Source: Candidatus Magasanikbacteria bacterium RIFCSPHIGHO2_01_FULL_41_23 (GTDB lineage: Bacteria; Patescibacteriota; Patescibacteriia; Magasanikbacterales; UBA922). Taken from it: 42,071 bases of DNA. Under the pieces are notes generated by a model. The model was not told the DNA's origin and did no database searches. It saw only the letters and a list, made by a program, of their open reading frames with translations. Numbering within the stretch: the first letter of the stretch is position 1; each line of letters starts with the position of its first letter. The DNA lies in assembly GCA_001782805.1 (NCBI GenBank), contig MFPT01000003.1, positions 1 through 42,071 of the forward strand, in the 5' to 3' direction. A program made the translations under genes and the position numbers. Of this stretch, positions 24,543 through 33,617 are shown piece after piece.

Positions 24543-27500
24543 CTACACATCCAAATTCTGGACATTTTTAGCGTGCGTTTGGATGAATTTTTTGCGCGGA
24601 GCAACTTCGCTGCCCATAAGAATATCAAAAATTTCATTGGCGCGTTCCGCGTCTTCAATTGTGACTTGTTTGATGACGCGATTGGCCGGATTCATCGTGG
24701 TTTCCCATAGTTGCTCCGGATTCATTTCTCCCAAACCTTTATAGCGTTGAATGGCAAAACCAGAGGATTTTTTGTTTTCCGTCACTTTTGTTTCCGAACT
24801 CGCGATTTCGTCGGTTTCTTCTTCTGCCACTTGAATATCTTCGGCTTTCAGATTATTTTTTTGCAAAAATTTATCTAAAGCTTCGGCATCATAGAGCCAA
24901 GTTGTTTCTTTGCCTTTTTTGGCGCTGTACAACGGTGGTTGAGCAATAAAAATATGTCCTTGATAAATCAGATCTGGGAAATAACGGAAAAATAATGTTA
25001 AAAGTAGAGTACGAATATGCGCGCCGTCAACATCCGCATCAGTCATAATGACAATGCGATTGTAACGTAGTTTGGTAATGTCAAACATTTCGCCAATGTT
25101 CGTGCCCATTGCAATAATAAGGGATTTTAATTCATTGTTCGTCAGAATTTTATCCAAACGCGCGCGTTCCACATTTAAAACTTTTCCGCGCAAAGGAAGA
25201 ATGGCTTGGATATTACGGTCGCGGCCTTGCTTGGCACTATTATGGACAAAAATACCACTCGCGAGCGCGAAATTATGGGTGTTTGGAATTTCAATATCGT
25301 ATACAGGAATTTTTTGTGATATTTTTTTAATTGCAATAATTCGGTGATTGTATAATTTTACGGCTTCAGTTAATCGGTTTGCGTCATCGGCGAAAAATCG
25401 TTTACGAAGTGTTTCCAATTTTAAATAATTTTTGTTTTGACGGATATTACGTCGGGTCATATCGTAGTTTTGTATCGTGCCCTCTTTTTTATACACATCA
25501 GACAATAATTTCATTGATGTGGCGTAATACACTTGGTCATATGCGGCTTTACGTTTTTGACGGAATTCAGGAGTCCACTGAGCATGGGTTTCGTGCGCAC
25601 GCCAGATTCGTAAATTTTCATTATTCCATTGCGCCTTAGCTTTATGGCGCAATACTTCTTTTTGTTCAGGATGATTTTCAAAGAATTTTTTTACACGACC
25701 AGCCTGTGTAATTCTATGATTCGTATCCGCCCAATAGATTATTTGTTGTTGATTTAGCAACTCATTATTTTTTTGACGATAACCGGCATTTGAATTATAA
25801 AAATTCAAAAAAATATCTCCCATTTGTTTTTTATAAACCGGGTTGGCCCACTGTCCTTTGGCTCGAGCGCTTAATAGTGGAGACATTTTTTTCATGGTTC
25901 GGCTAATTTTCGCGCGATATTCAGAAGTTCTTTTTAAAATATTTAATTTGGCAATCACATCGGGACGGTGTAATGTTTTTTTGATGTGTGTTCGATGAAT
26001 GGTCAAATGTTCTTCAGAAGAAATCAAACGAACATTATCCGGATTGTTGTTACGTTTATTGAAATCAACATGATGACGATGGCCTTTTTCAATTTTTTTA
26101 TACGCATTATGCTGTAGGTTGTAAGCATCGGACAATAGATGGGTGAAAATCCAGCGATTATCTTTTGGATCAAATACTAATTCATAGCCTTCAATCGTGA
26201 TTCGTTTTCCTTTTCGAGAAATTTGGCGGTATAAGGGCATTAATGAATCTTTGTTAGTTAATTCGGCGACAACTTTGTATGAACCATCACGTGTCATAAA
26301 ACGATGGTCAGGTGTACAGATTATTTTTTCATCAGAATCAAGCGTAATTTCTGTTACCTCAGCTTTGGCCTTGGTTTGACGTGGGGAAAGAATTTTTTCA
26401 ATCCCAATGCGGCCATCTTCAAGAATAGTGTAGCAATAATTTTGTTTGCCTAGTTTTTCTTCTTCAATCAGTTCCAAAAAAGATAAACTGCGGCCATCAG
26501 CCAAAGCAACTTTAGTATCACCAGAAAAACAGCCTCCGGCACTATCGCCTTCCACAATGAATAATTCAGAAATACTGGCGTCGCGGCTGGAGCAATCAGC
26601 CAATTTTCCCGGCAAAGTAAATCCTTCCAACGCACTTTTGCGCAAGACCGTATCGCGTGCCATTTTGGCGGCGGCGCGAGCGCGGGCCGCGATAATACAT
26701 TTGGCGAGAATTGCTTCGGCATCCTTGGGATGTTCTTCCAAAAAAATCGCAAAGTGATCACCAAAAACTTGTTCTACGGCCGGTTTAACTTCGGGATTAC
26801 CTAGTTTGGCTTTGGTTTGGCCTTCAAATTGTGGATTGGGAATTTTAACGGAAATAATCGCGGTTAAGCCTTCGCGCACGTCTTCTCCGGTCAAACTCGC
26901 GTCTTTTTCTTTTAAAATACTTTTGTTGCGGGCGTAATTATTTATGGTTCTGGTTAAAGCCAGACGAAAGCCGGCCACGTGCATGCCGCCATCCGGATTC
27001 GCGATATTATTGGCGAACGCAAAAAGCGATTCATTATAATCGTCTGTGTATTGTAGGGCGATTTCCACCAACACATCATCCACTTTTTTTTCAATATAAA
27101 AAACCGTTTCATTTTTAATTTCCCGATTTTTATTAATGTGTTTGGTGTAGCTGGCAATGCCTCCTTCAAAATAAAATTGATAGGTGGTATTGAAAGGAAG
27201 TGCGGAAACATCTTTCTTTTTTTCCTCGGCACTGCGTTCATCATGTAAAATAAGATGAATGCCTTTGGTTAAATAGGCTTGTTGACGAACATGGTCAATA
27301 ATGTATTTCCAATCAAAATCAAGCGTTTCAAAAATTGACGCGTCCGGATGAAACATGATCGTGGTGCCGGTAGTTTTACTGTTGCCAATTGCTTTGACTT
27401 TTCCTTGCGGTTTGCCTATTTTATAATTTTGTTCCCAGATTTTGCCATCGCGATGAATAATCGCTTTTAAATCCGTGGAAAGCGCGTTTACCACTGATGC

Positions 27501-27896
27501 TCCCACGCCGTGCAAACCACCGGATACCTTATATCCGCTGGCATCGCCGCCAAATTTACCGCCGGCGTGGAGAGTGGTGAGAACCAAATCCAAAGCACTG
27601 ACTTTTTTGAGAGGATGAATGTCAACCGGAATACCACGGCCATTATCACTGACCGAAACCCAGTGATCAGGCAACAACTTTACCGTGATGGTATCGCAGT
27701 GGCCGGCCATGGATTCGTCCATGGAATTGTCCACAATTTCCCAAATCATGTGATGCAAACCAGTCGCGCCGGTAGAACCGATATACATGCCCGGACGTTT
27801 GCGCACTGCTTCCAATCCTTCAAGAACAGTTATATTTTTCGCGCTGTAATCTTTTTGGTTCGACGAGCTCACCATAAATTTTTCTTCTTTAGTCAT
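24543..27896 (-). CDS. gyrB: DNA gyrase subunit B, interrupted by an intein
   Basis: GHKL motifs LEGLEAVRKRPGMYIGST, EIVDNSMDE, DNGRGIP, GGLHGVGASVVNALS. The Toprim EGDSAGG / SAKQGRDR is split by the intein. C-terminal QRYKGLGEMNPEQLWETTM. The start is uncertain (ATG 27896 or 27875). Confidence 0.95.
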   Translation of the reverse strand: MTKEEKFMVSSSNQKDYSAKNITVLEGLEAVRKRPGMYIGSTGATGLHHMIWEIVDNSMDESMAGHCDTITVKLLPDHWVSVSDNGRGIPVDIHPLKKVSALDLVLTTLHAGGKFGGDASGYKVSGGLHGVGASVVNALSTDLKAIIHRDGKIWEQNYKIGKPQGKVKAIGNSKTTGTTIMFHPDASIFETLDFDWKYIIDHVRQQAYLTKGIHLILHDERSAEEKKKDVSALPFNTTYQFYFEGGIASYTKHINKNREIKNETVFYIEKKVDDVLVEIALQYTDDYNESLFAFANNIANPDGGMHVAGFRLALTRTINNYARNKSILKEKDASLTGEDVREGLTAIISVKIPNPQFEGQTKAKLGNPEVKPAVEQVFGDHFAIFLEEHPKDAEAILAKCIIAARARAAAKMARDTVLRKSALEGFTLPGKLADCSSRDASISELFIVEGDSAGGCFSGDTKVALADGRSLSFLELIEEEKLGKQNYCYTILEDGRIGIEKILSPRQTKAKAEVTEITLDSDEKIICTPDHRFMTRDGSYKVVAELTNKDSLMPLYRQISRKGKRITIEGYELVFDPKDNRWIFTHLLSDAYNLQHNAYKKIEKGHRHHVDFNKRNNNPDNVRLISSEEHLTIHRTHIKKTLHRPDVIAKLNILKRTSEYRAKISRTMKKMSPLLSARAKGQWANPVYKKQMGDIFLNFYNSNAGYRQKNNELLNQQQIIYWADTNHRITQAGRVKKFFENHPEQKEVLRHKAKAQWNNENLRIWRAHETHAQWTPEFRQKRKAAYDQVYYATSMKLLSDVYKKEGTIQNYDMTRRNIRQNKNYLKLETLRKRFFADDANRLTEAVKLYNHRIIAIKKISQKIPVYDIEIPNTHNFALASGIFVHNSAKQGRDRNIQAILPLRGKVLNVERARLDKILTNNELKSLIIAMGTNIGEMFDITKLRYNRIVIMTDADVDGAHIRTLLLTLFFRYFPDLIYQGHIFIAQPPLYSAKKGKETTWLYDAEALDKFLQKNNLKAEDIQVAEEETDEIASSETKVTENKKSSGFAIQRYKGLGEMNPEQLWETTMNPANRVIKQVTIEDAERANEIFDILMGSEVAPRKKFIQTHAKNVQNLDV
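25239..26531 (-). mobile_element. GyrB intein (431 codons) carrying an HNH-type endonuclease module
   Basis: Starts at Cys (CFSGDTKVAL) right after EGDSAGG. Block B is CTPDH. HNH segment GHRHHVDFNKRNNNPDNVRLISSEEHLTIH. The C-terminal block VYDIEIPNTHNF..GIFVHN is followed by a +1 Ser of SAKQGRDR. 1293 nt, in frame. Confidence 0.9.
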
Positions 27897-27937
27897 AAAT
27901 TTTTGAATAGTACAGGCACAGCGTATCATATTTGAAG

Positions 27938-28936
27938 ATGTCGAGCAAGCAGATATGGCGTGGTCAGGTTTTTTTCGCTATACTTACCTCATCCTTTTTT
28001 TGTATGTTCAAAAATCCTCCGGAAAAACCTGTTGAAAAAAAATTGATCGATAATTTTTCACGTTATACTGATCCAACTGGTGAATTTACCAATCGTGATT
28101 TGCAAATGGGTGAATGGTATGTGAAACATCGAATAATGTTGCGCGAAATAGTGGTAACAATTCTGGCCATTATCATTGTGATATTTGGCGGGTATAGTTT
28201 GTATCGCATAATTGAGTATACTTTTTTTGGCTATCGTCATGATGAACGCGTGCGCGCTGATTTAACCAAAACAACGATTCCTGTAAAAACATTACATAAT
28301 TCTGTTTCCGCTACTCCGCTTAGTATTGATTCGGTGTCAGTCTATCCGAGTACTCCGGGAAAATATGATTTTGTGGCCATGGTTCAAAATCTAAATGATC
28401 GCTGGTTGGCACGCGTAACCTATGTTTTTTCTTGGGACGGCGGTGAAACACTCTCAATGGAAAGTGTGGTTTTGCCCAACAAAAAAATGCCGCTTATGGC
28501 TATAGGTGTTCCCCGTGACTCTGCGCCGGATACTGCTCGACTGGTAATTAAAACCATTGATTGGCAGAATCTGGATAATCATAATTATTCCGATCCTGCT
28601 AAATTCGTGGCGGAGCGAACTGATTTTACGACTGAAGATTTGGTTTTTAGTCCAGCCAATTCTATTGCGGGAAACGCGATTAATCAAATAAAATTTAATC
28701 TCAAAAATAATACGGGGTATGCTTATTGGGAAGTGCCATTTGCCGTCGTGCTTAAAAAAGGCGATGTTGTGGTGGGAGTAAAGCGATTTATTGTTGATTC
28801 TTTGGAGGCCGGTGAAAAACGTTTAATTCAATTGTCTTCTTTGGTTGATGGACTGGATGTGGATGCGATTGAATTGTATCCTGATCTTGATATTTTGGAT
28901 CAAGAAAATTATCAAAAACCAAAAGATGATTTATGA
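27938..28936 (+). CDS. Membrane-anchored protein, function unknown
   Basis: Single TM (IVVTILAIIIVIFGGYSLY) followed by a beta-rich domain. Its stop overlaps the SEDS gene start (ATGA). An alternative start at ATG 28004 would leave more room for the promoter region shared with divergent gyrB. Confidence 0.5.
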   Translation: MSSKQIWRGQVFFAILTSSFFCMFKNPPEKPVEKKLIDNFSRYTDPTGEFTNRDLQMGEWYVKHRIMLREIVVTILAIIIVIFGGYSLYRIIEYTFFGYRHDERVRADLTKTTIPVKTLHNSVSATPLSIDSVSVYPSTPGKYDFVAMVQNLNDRWLARVTYVFSWDGGETLSMESVVLPNKKMPLMAIGVPRDSAPDTARLVIKTIDWQNLDNHNYSDPAKFVAERTDFTTEDLVFSPANSIAGNAINQIKFNLKNNTGYAYWEVPFAVVLKKGDVVVGVKRFIVDSLEAGEKRLIQLSSLVDGLDVDAIELYPDLDILDQENYQKPKDDL

Positions 28937-30036
28937 TACTGCGTTCGCTCGCGGAATTTAGCCGACGAATTGACTGGTTTTTGGTTGTGGCCGCAGTTGG
29001 TCTAACGGGCATTGGTCTGGTGACTATTTACAGTGTTGATTTATCACGGGGAACAGCCTTGCCATTTTTTTCAACCCAAGTTATATCTCTCATCATCAGT
29101 TTAACTGTCATGTTTAGTGCGGCTTGGATTCATCACAGCCGTTATGAGCGTGGCGCTCAATTGATTTTTTTTCTAACACTCATCGTACTTATCGCGGTTT
29201 TATTTTTTGGCGTTTCCATTCGCGGTACGCGTGGTTGGTTTCGAGTGGCCGGATTTTCATTTCAGCCGGTTGAGATCGCCAAAGTAGCTTTGATAATTTT
29301 TTTGGCCTGGCGAATAGAACGTTCGGGACGACAATTTAATCAGCCTGGATTTCTGTGGGGAACAGCTATTATGGCTGGATTCCTGATAATTCCGGTTTTG
29401 TTGCAACCGGATTTGGGTTCGGCCGTGGTTTTGTTGGCGATTTGGTTGGGACTTATTTTATTGGCCGGGATTCGTACTCGATACATTATGACTTTATTTA
29501 TTATTGGAATTGGAGTCATGATTATTGGTTGGATGTTTTTATTTAAGGATTATCAAAAAGAGCGGGTGCTGACTTTTATCAATCCGGCTCTTGATCCTTT
29601 GGGCGCGGGTTATAATGTGAATCAGTCAATGATCGCCATTGGGTCGGGCAAATTTTTTGGCCGCGGTTTGGGTTTTGGTTCCCAAAGTCAGTTGCATTTT
29701 TTGCCCGAAGCGCAAACTGATTTTGCGATTTCCGTGATTGGTGAGGAATTGGGTTTTGTGGGTTTGATTTTAGTTTTAGGTCTGTACGCCATTTTATTAA
29801 TTCGTTTGGTTTTCATCGCGCATCAGGCTCGAGCTGATTTTAGGGCGTATACTGTGGCTGGGATTATCATTTTGTTTTCGGTGCAGTTGACGGTAAATAT
29901 GGGCGCGGCTTTGGGTATTTTGCCGGTGACTGGTGTAACTCTGCCGTTTATTAGTTATGGCGGTTCATCATTAATTACCAATTATCTGCTTTTGGGTATA
30001 GCCCTGAGTATTAATCGCCAGGCCAAAACAGCTTGA
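28933..30036 (+). CDS. SEDS-family peptidoglycan polymerase (FtsW/RodA)
   Basis: FQPVEIAKVALIIFLA and GSGKFFGRGLGFGSQSQLHFLPEAQTDFAISVIGEELGF; about 10 TM helices. Confidence 0.9.
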   Translation: MILRSLAEFSRRIDWFLVVAAVGLTGIGLVTIYSVDLSRGTALPFFSTQVISLIISLTVMFSAAWIHHSRYERGAQLIFFLTLIVLIAVLFFGVSIRGTRGWFRVAGFSFQPVEIAKVALIIFLAWRIERSGRQFNQPGFLWGTAIMAGFLIIPVLLQPDLGSAVVLLAIWLGLILLAGIRTRYIMTLFIIGIGVMIIGWMFLFKDYQKERVLTFINPALDPLGAGYNVNQSMIAIGSGKFFGRGLGFGSQSQLHFLPEAQTDFAISVIGEELGFVGLILVLGLYAILLIRLVFIAHQARADFRAYTVAGIIILFSVQLTVNMGAALGILPVTGVTLPFISYGGSSLITNYLLLGIALSINRQAKTA

Positions 30037-30072
30037 CTTAATTTTTAATTTTTGATATATTCGTGACTGCTT

Positions 30073-30417
30073 ATGAAGCAAGAATTACCAGCCAATCCAG
30101 CTCATTCAATTCGCGATCTTAAAAATTGCCGTGTGTGTGGCAGTAATTATGGCGCGGACAAAATTCGTTTGATCGACCGAAACGAGATTGGAGCCGTGGC
30201 GCACATTACTTGTTCGGTATGCGTGCATTCAGCTTTGGTTTTCTTTGGGAAAACCGCTCATGGATTGGGATTCCTCGGTATGATGACTGATTTAAATTTT
30301 GCCGATGCGGAACGATTTCGCGGCCGGCCAAAAATTTCCGAAAATTTTCTTTATGCAGCCAATGAGTGTTTGACCACAAAATCCCGTCAGCTTGTGGCGG
30401 CAATTTATTATCAATGA
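30073..30417 (+). CDS. Hypothetical zinc-ribbon protein (114 aa)
   Basis: CRVC..(27 aa)..CSVC cysteine pairs; no other recognisable motif. Confidence 0.4.
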   Translation: MKQELPANPAHSIRDLKNCRVCGSNYGADKIRLIDRNEIGAVAHITCSVCVHSALVFFGKTAHGLGFLGMMTDLNFADAERFRGRPKISENFLYAANECLTTKSRQLVAAIYYQ

Positions 30418-30447
30418 TTATTTGGTAAATTAATGTTTTAAAATGGT

Positions 30448-31128
30448 ATGTCATTTTCTCTTAATGCAAAAACTCGCGTCGGCGGCAAGCCAAATGAGGT
30501 TCGGTCACTGGGTGAAATTCCCGCTGTGGTTTATGGTGGCGATCGTCCGGCTGAGACCGTGGTTTCAGTTTTAACTACTGAATTTACACGTTTATATAAT
30601 CAAACCGGTGAATCCACTTTGATTGATTTTTCCATTGATGGCGCTGCGCCGGTAAAAGTTTTGGTGCAAGCCGTGCAATTGGATCCGGTCAAAAGTTTGC
30701 CCGTGCATATTGATTTTCGTCAAATTAACATGAACAAATCAATGGAAGTGGATGTGGAATTGAATTTTGTCGGCGAAGCTCCGGCCGTAAAAGATTTGGC
30801 CGGTACTTTAACCAAAAATTTGGATTCGGTCACTGTTACCTGTCTGCCAAAAGATTTGGTTAGCGAATTAACCGTTGATTTATCATTACTGAAGACGTTT
30901 GATGACTCTATCCGAGTTAAAGATTTAGTGGCCCCGATTGGTATTACGATTGAAACTGATCCGGAACAAACGATTGCCAAAGTAACGCCGCCTCTGTCTG
31001 AAGAAGAATTGAAAGCGTTGGAAGAGCCGGTCGCTGTTGATTTAACAGCCATTGAAGTGGAAAAGAAAGGTAAAAAAGAAGAAGATGGTGCGGAGGCGAC
31101 TGCGACTGAACCGGCTAAAAAAGAATAA
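30448..31128 (+). CDS. rplY: 50S ribosomal protein L25/Ctc (long form)
   Basis: N-terminal L25 domain (GEIPAVVYGG) plus a Ctc-type C-terminal domain and an acidic tail. Confidence 0.85.
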   Translation: MSFSLNAKTRVGGKPNEVRSLGEIPAVVYGGDRPAETVVSVLTTEFTRLYNQTGESTLIDFSIDGAAPVKVLVQAVQLDPVKSLPVHIDFRQINMNKSMEVDVELNFVGEAPAVKDLAGTLTKNLDSVTVTCLPKDLVSELTVDLSLLKTFDDSIRVKDLVAPIGITIETDPEQTIAKVTPPLSEEELKALEEPVAVDLTAIEVEKKGKKEEDGAEATATEPAKKE

Positions 31129-31137
31129 TGGTTCTAC

Positions 31138-31181
31138 TTCCCTCGACTTCGCTCGGGACAAGTCGTTCACCATAAATAAGT
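31138..31181. repeat. Short dispersed repeat, intergenic copy
   Basis: ttccctcgacttcgctcgggacaagtcgttcaccataaataagt aligns with 33064-33102 inside prmC. It contains hairpin cgactt-(10 nt)-aagtcg. Confidence 0.7.
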
Positions 31182-31189
31182 CAATTTAA

Positions 31190-31220
31190 AACGATCTCGA
31201 TTAATTGGGATCGTTTTTTT
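31190..31220 (+). terminator. Rho-independent terminator after rplY
   Basis: aacgatc (31190-31196) / gatcgtt (31209-31215) stem followed by a T-run to 31220. Confidence 0.7.
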
Positions 31221-31221
31221 A

Positions 31222-31250
31222 TAGACCATTATGAATTTTTGGCATATAAT
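31222..31250 (+). promoter_or_regulatory. Candidate promoter of the DUF3048 gene (leaderless layout)
   Basis: TATAAT at 31245-31250 with a weak -35 tagacc at 31222-31227. ATG 31257 lies 6 nt after the -10. Confidence 0.45.
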
Positions 31251-31256
31251 CATTGT

Positions 31257-32309
31257 ATGAAAAAAAATAAAAAGTACCAATTAACTAAATTTAAATCTCG
31301 TTATTGGTATTTTATCGTCCCGGTTTTTGTATTGATTTTTTACGCATTATTTTTTTCTTCATCAAAAAAGATTTTTGTCGCTGAAAAAAAAGATTTTAAA
31401 AAAGTAAAAATAGCGGAAAATATTTGTGAACAGCGTAGTCGTCTCAATGGCATTTGTATAAATTTTAATGAATCTGGTCGTGCATTTGTTGGAGTGATGA
31501 TTGAAAATCATCCGGTGGCTCGTCCGCAAGCTGGTTTGGCAGAAGCCAGTGTGGTATACGAAGCATTGGTGGAAGGGAATTACACGCGTTTTTTGGCTTT
31601 TTTTGATTATGCTGAAAAAATAAATAAAGTTGGTCCGGTACGGAGCGCGCGACCATATTATCTGGATTGGCTCAATGAATGGGGGAATCCATTATATATG
31701 CATGTGGGCGGATCTCCCGAAGCTTTGCAGAAAATTGTGGCGCAGAAAATTTTTGATGCCAATGAATTTTATCATGCCAAAAGTTATTGGCGTGATAGTT
31801 CACAGTCTGCGCCTCACAATGTGTATACTGATTCGGGAAAATGGACAGAATTTCGACAATCGGATTTTTTAAATTTTTCGAGTTGGAATTTTGTAACCAG
31901 TAGTACGCCATGCCTCATACATTGTTTGACTCATATTCGAATTTCCTATTCATCCGAGACTGATGTTCAGTGGGATTTTAATACGACTACAACACGATTT
32001 GTTCGTTACCATGGCAATACAAAACATGTGACTGAAGAAGGAGAAATCGTGGCTGACACGATAATCATTCAAGAAATTAAAACAAAAGTGATTGATGGTG
32101 AAGGTCGTCTGGCGTTGCAGACAATTGGGGAAGGGCAAGCCGTGGTTGCGTATGATGGAAAAAAAATTAATGCGACGTGGAAAAAAGAATCATTCAAGAG
32201 TCGGACGCGATTTTTTGATGGTACAGGCGTGGAAATTTTATTAAAGCCGGGCAAAATTTGGCTAGAAATTGTGCCAAATTTTTCTGTTATTGAATTTACT
32301 CAGTTATGA
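31257..32309 (+). CDS. DUF3048-domain protein (YerB-like), signal-anchored
   Basis: GVMIENHPVARPQAGLAEASVVYEALVEGNYTRFLAFF is characteristic of DUF3048. There is an N-terminal hydrophobic anchor. The track start 31239 is TTG and lies upstream of the -10. Confidence 0.75.
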   Translation: MKKNKKYQLTKFKSRYWYFIVPVFVLIFYALFFSSSKKIFVAEKKDFKKVKIAENICEQRSRLNGICINFNESGRAFVGVMIENHPVARPQAGLAEASVVYEALVEGNYTRFLAFFDYAEKINKVGPVRSARPYYLDWLNEWGNPLYMHVGGSPEALQKIVAQKIFDANEFYHAKSYWRDSSQSAPHNVYTDSGKWTEFRQSDFLNFSSWNFVTSSTPCLIHCLTHIRISYSSETDVQWDFNTTTTRFVRYHGNTKHVTEEGEIVADTIIIQEIKTKVIDGEGRLALQTIGEGQAVVAYDGKKINATWKKESFKSRTRFFDGTGVEILLKPGKIWLEIVPNFSVIEFTQL

Positions 32310-32725
32310 TAAAAAAATTTTTTGTGTCAGCGCTGCCCATGCTTGTGGTATTTTTATTTGATAATGTTGTCAATAATTCGTTGGGATTGTATGACCGCTG
32401 GCGCTGGCTTGATATTCCCATGCATTTGTTGGGAGGAGTGGTTGCGGCTTGGAGTTGTCACCGATTTTATAAAAAAATAAAAAATGAAATTAACATTAAA
32501 CCTCTTTTCGCGCGTTTGTGGTTGTATGTCGGCACGACTGCGATCATTGGAATTTTGTGGGAGGTGTATGAATTTTTAGTTCACGTTGTTACGAGAATTA
32601 TTACTCAGCCGAGTGTGGGAGATACGGTGCATGATTTGGTGAATGATCTGATTGGCGCGGTTTTGTTTTGCGGTTTGATTTTCTTGTTTGATAAAAATAA
32701 AAAAAAAATGATTAAACGAGAGTGA
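32306..32725 (+). CDS. Small integral membrane protein
   Basis: 139 aa with four hydrophobic segments. ATGA overlap with the preceding gene. Confidence 0.5.
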   Translation: MIKKFFVSALPMLVVFLFDNVVNNSLGLYDRWRWLDIPMHLLGGVVAAWSCHRFYKKIKNEINIKPLFARLWLYVGTTAIIGILWEVYEFLVHVVTRIITQPSVGDTVHDLVNDLIGAVLFCGLIFLFDKNKKKMIKRE

Positions 32726-33539
32726 TAACCACTAACCGATCTTGTTCCGCGAGATCGGTTTTTATTTCAATTAAAGCCGTGGAAAAATATGCTTGTATTA
32801 TTTTTTTAATCGCATCTTTTTGCGCGGGATCGATTTCCAAAAATATCTGGATTTGATTTTTTATTTTTACGCTAGTTAAATGTTGTTTTATCTGTTCTAA
32901 TAATTTTTCGTATAATCCCAATCCGTTGTTATTGGCCACCAAAGCCAAACGCGGTTCATACTGAATTGTTGGTTCTTTCTTGAATTGTTCGGCCCTAAGA
33001 TAGGGGAGATTGGCGGTTATTATAACAAATGACTCAGGTAAATCCATTGAGGGCAAAATGGATTTCCCTCGACTCAACTCGGGATAAACACCATAAATAG
33101 GTTCAAGCAAATTGCCGTGCAAAAAGGTAATATCAACGTTGTTTTGACTGGCATTTTTTTGGGCGATGCGCAACGCTGATGAAGAAATATCAGTGGTAAT
33201 AACGCGGATTTTTTTTTGAGCATTTTTAATAATGGAAATGGGAATACAGCCCGAACCAGTGCCGACATCTATCAGAACTACATTGTGATTGGCATTTTTA
33301 ATTATTTCCAAAACCGCTTCCACCATTATCTCGGTTTCCGGTCGTGGTATCAAGGTATTTTTATTTACCAAAAAATCAAGACCGAAAAATTCTTTGTGGC
33401 CGAGTAAATAGGCGAGGGGAATTCCACGTTGTCTTTTTTTTAACAAACGAATGAAGCGAAATTTTTGCCACCATGACAGTCTAATCTCGGGATGAGCCAA
33501 CACGAATTCGCGCGGTTTTTTTAAAACAAACGCCAACAA
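32712..33539 (-). CDS. prmC: Release factor glutamine methyltransferase
   Basis: SAM motif LIDVGTGSGCI and NLPY (an NPPY variant). There is no ATG. The open frame continues upstream to 33617, so the start is non-canonical or unresolved (TTG 33539 in the track). Confidence 0.85.
   Translation of the reverse strand: MLAFVLKKPREFVLAHPEIRLSWWQKFRFIRLLKKRQRGIPLAYLLGHKEFFGLDFLVNKNTLIPRPETEIMVEAVLEIIKNANHNVVLIDVGTGSGCIPISIIKNAQKKIRVITTDISSSALRIAQKNASQNNVDITFLHGNLLEPIYGVYPELSRGKSILPSMDLPESFVIITANLPYLRAEQFKKEPTIQYEPRLALVANNNGLGLYEKLLEQIKQHLTSVKIKNQIQIFLEIDPAQKDAIKKIIQAYFSTALIEIKTDLAEQDRLVVITLV
33040..33102. repeat. Hairpin plus dispersed-repeat copy embedded in frame in prmC
   Basis: Perfect 9-bp hairpin aaatccatt (33040-33048) / aatggattt (33057-33065). 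It is followed by ttccctcgactcaactcgggataaacaccataaataggt (33064-33102), homologous to 31138-31181. On the minus strand this encodes PIYGVYPELSRGKSILPSMDL. Confidence 0.7.
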
Positions 33540-33617
33540 AATTTCCGCGTCGCGGGGATCACTGTTAGAGGAGTATGGTAGCGAATTTATTAATTTGATC
33601 AGATGATTTAAAACAAA

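Noticed and set aside
24543-27935. Track ORFs antisense to or out of frame within gyrB (25072..25347, 25379..25639, 26197..26379, 26446..26757, 26468..26764, 26954..27244, 27510..27935)
   Set aside because: All are fully embedded in the strongly supported gyrB/intein frame and have no motifs. They are shadow ORFs. The same reasoning applies to embedded ORFs in gatB, tmk, thyA, ldh, rplK, nusG, prfA and others.
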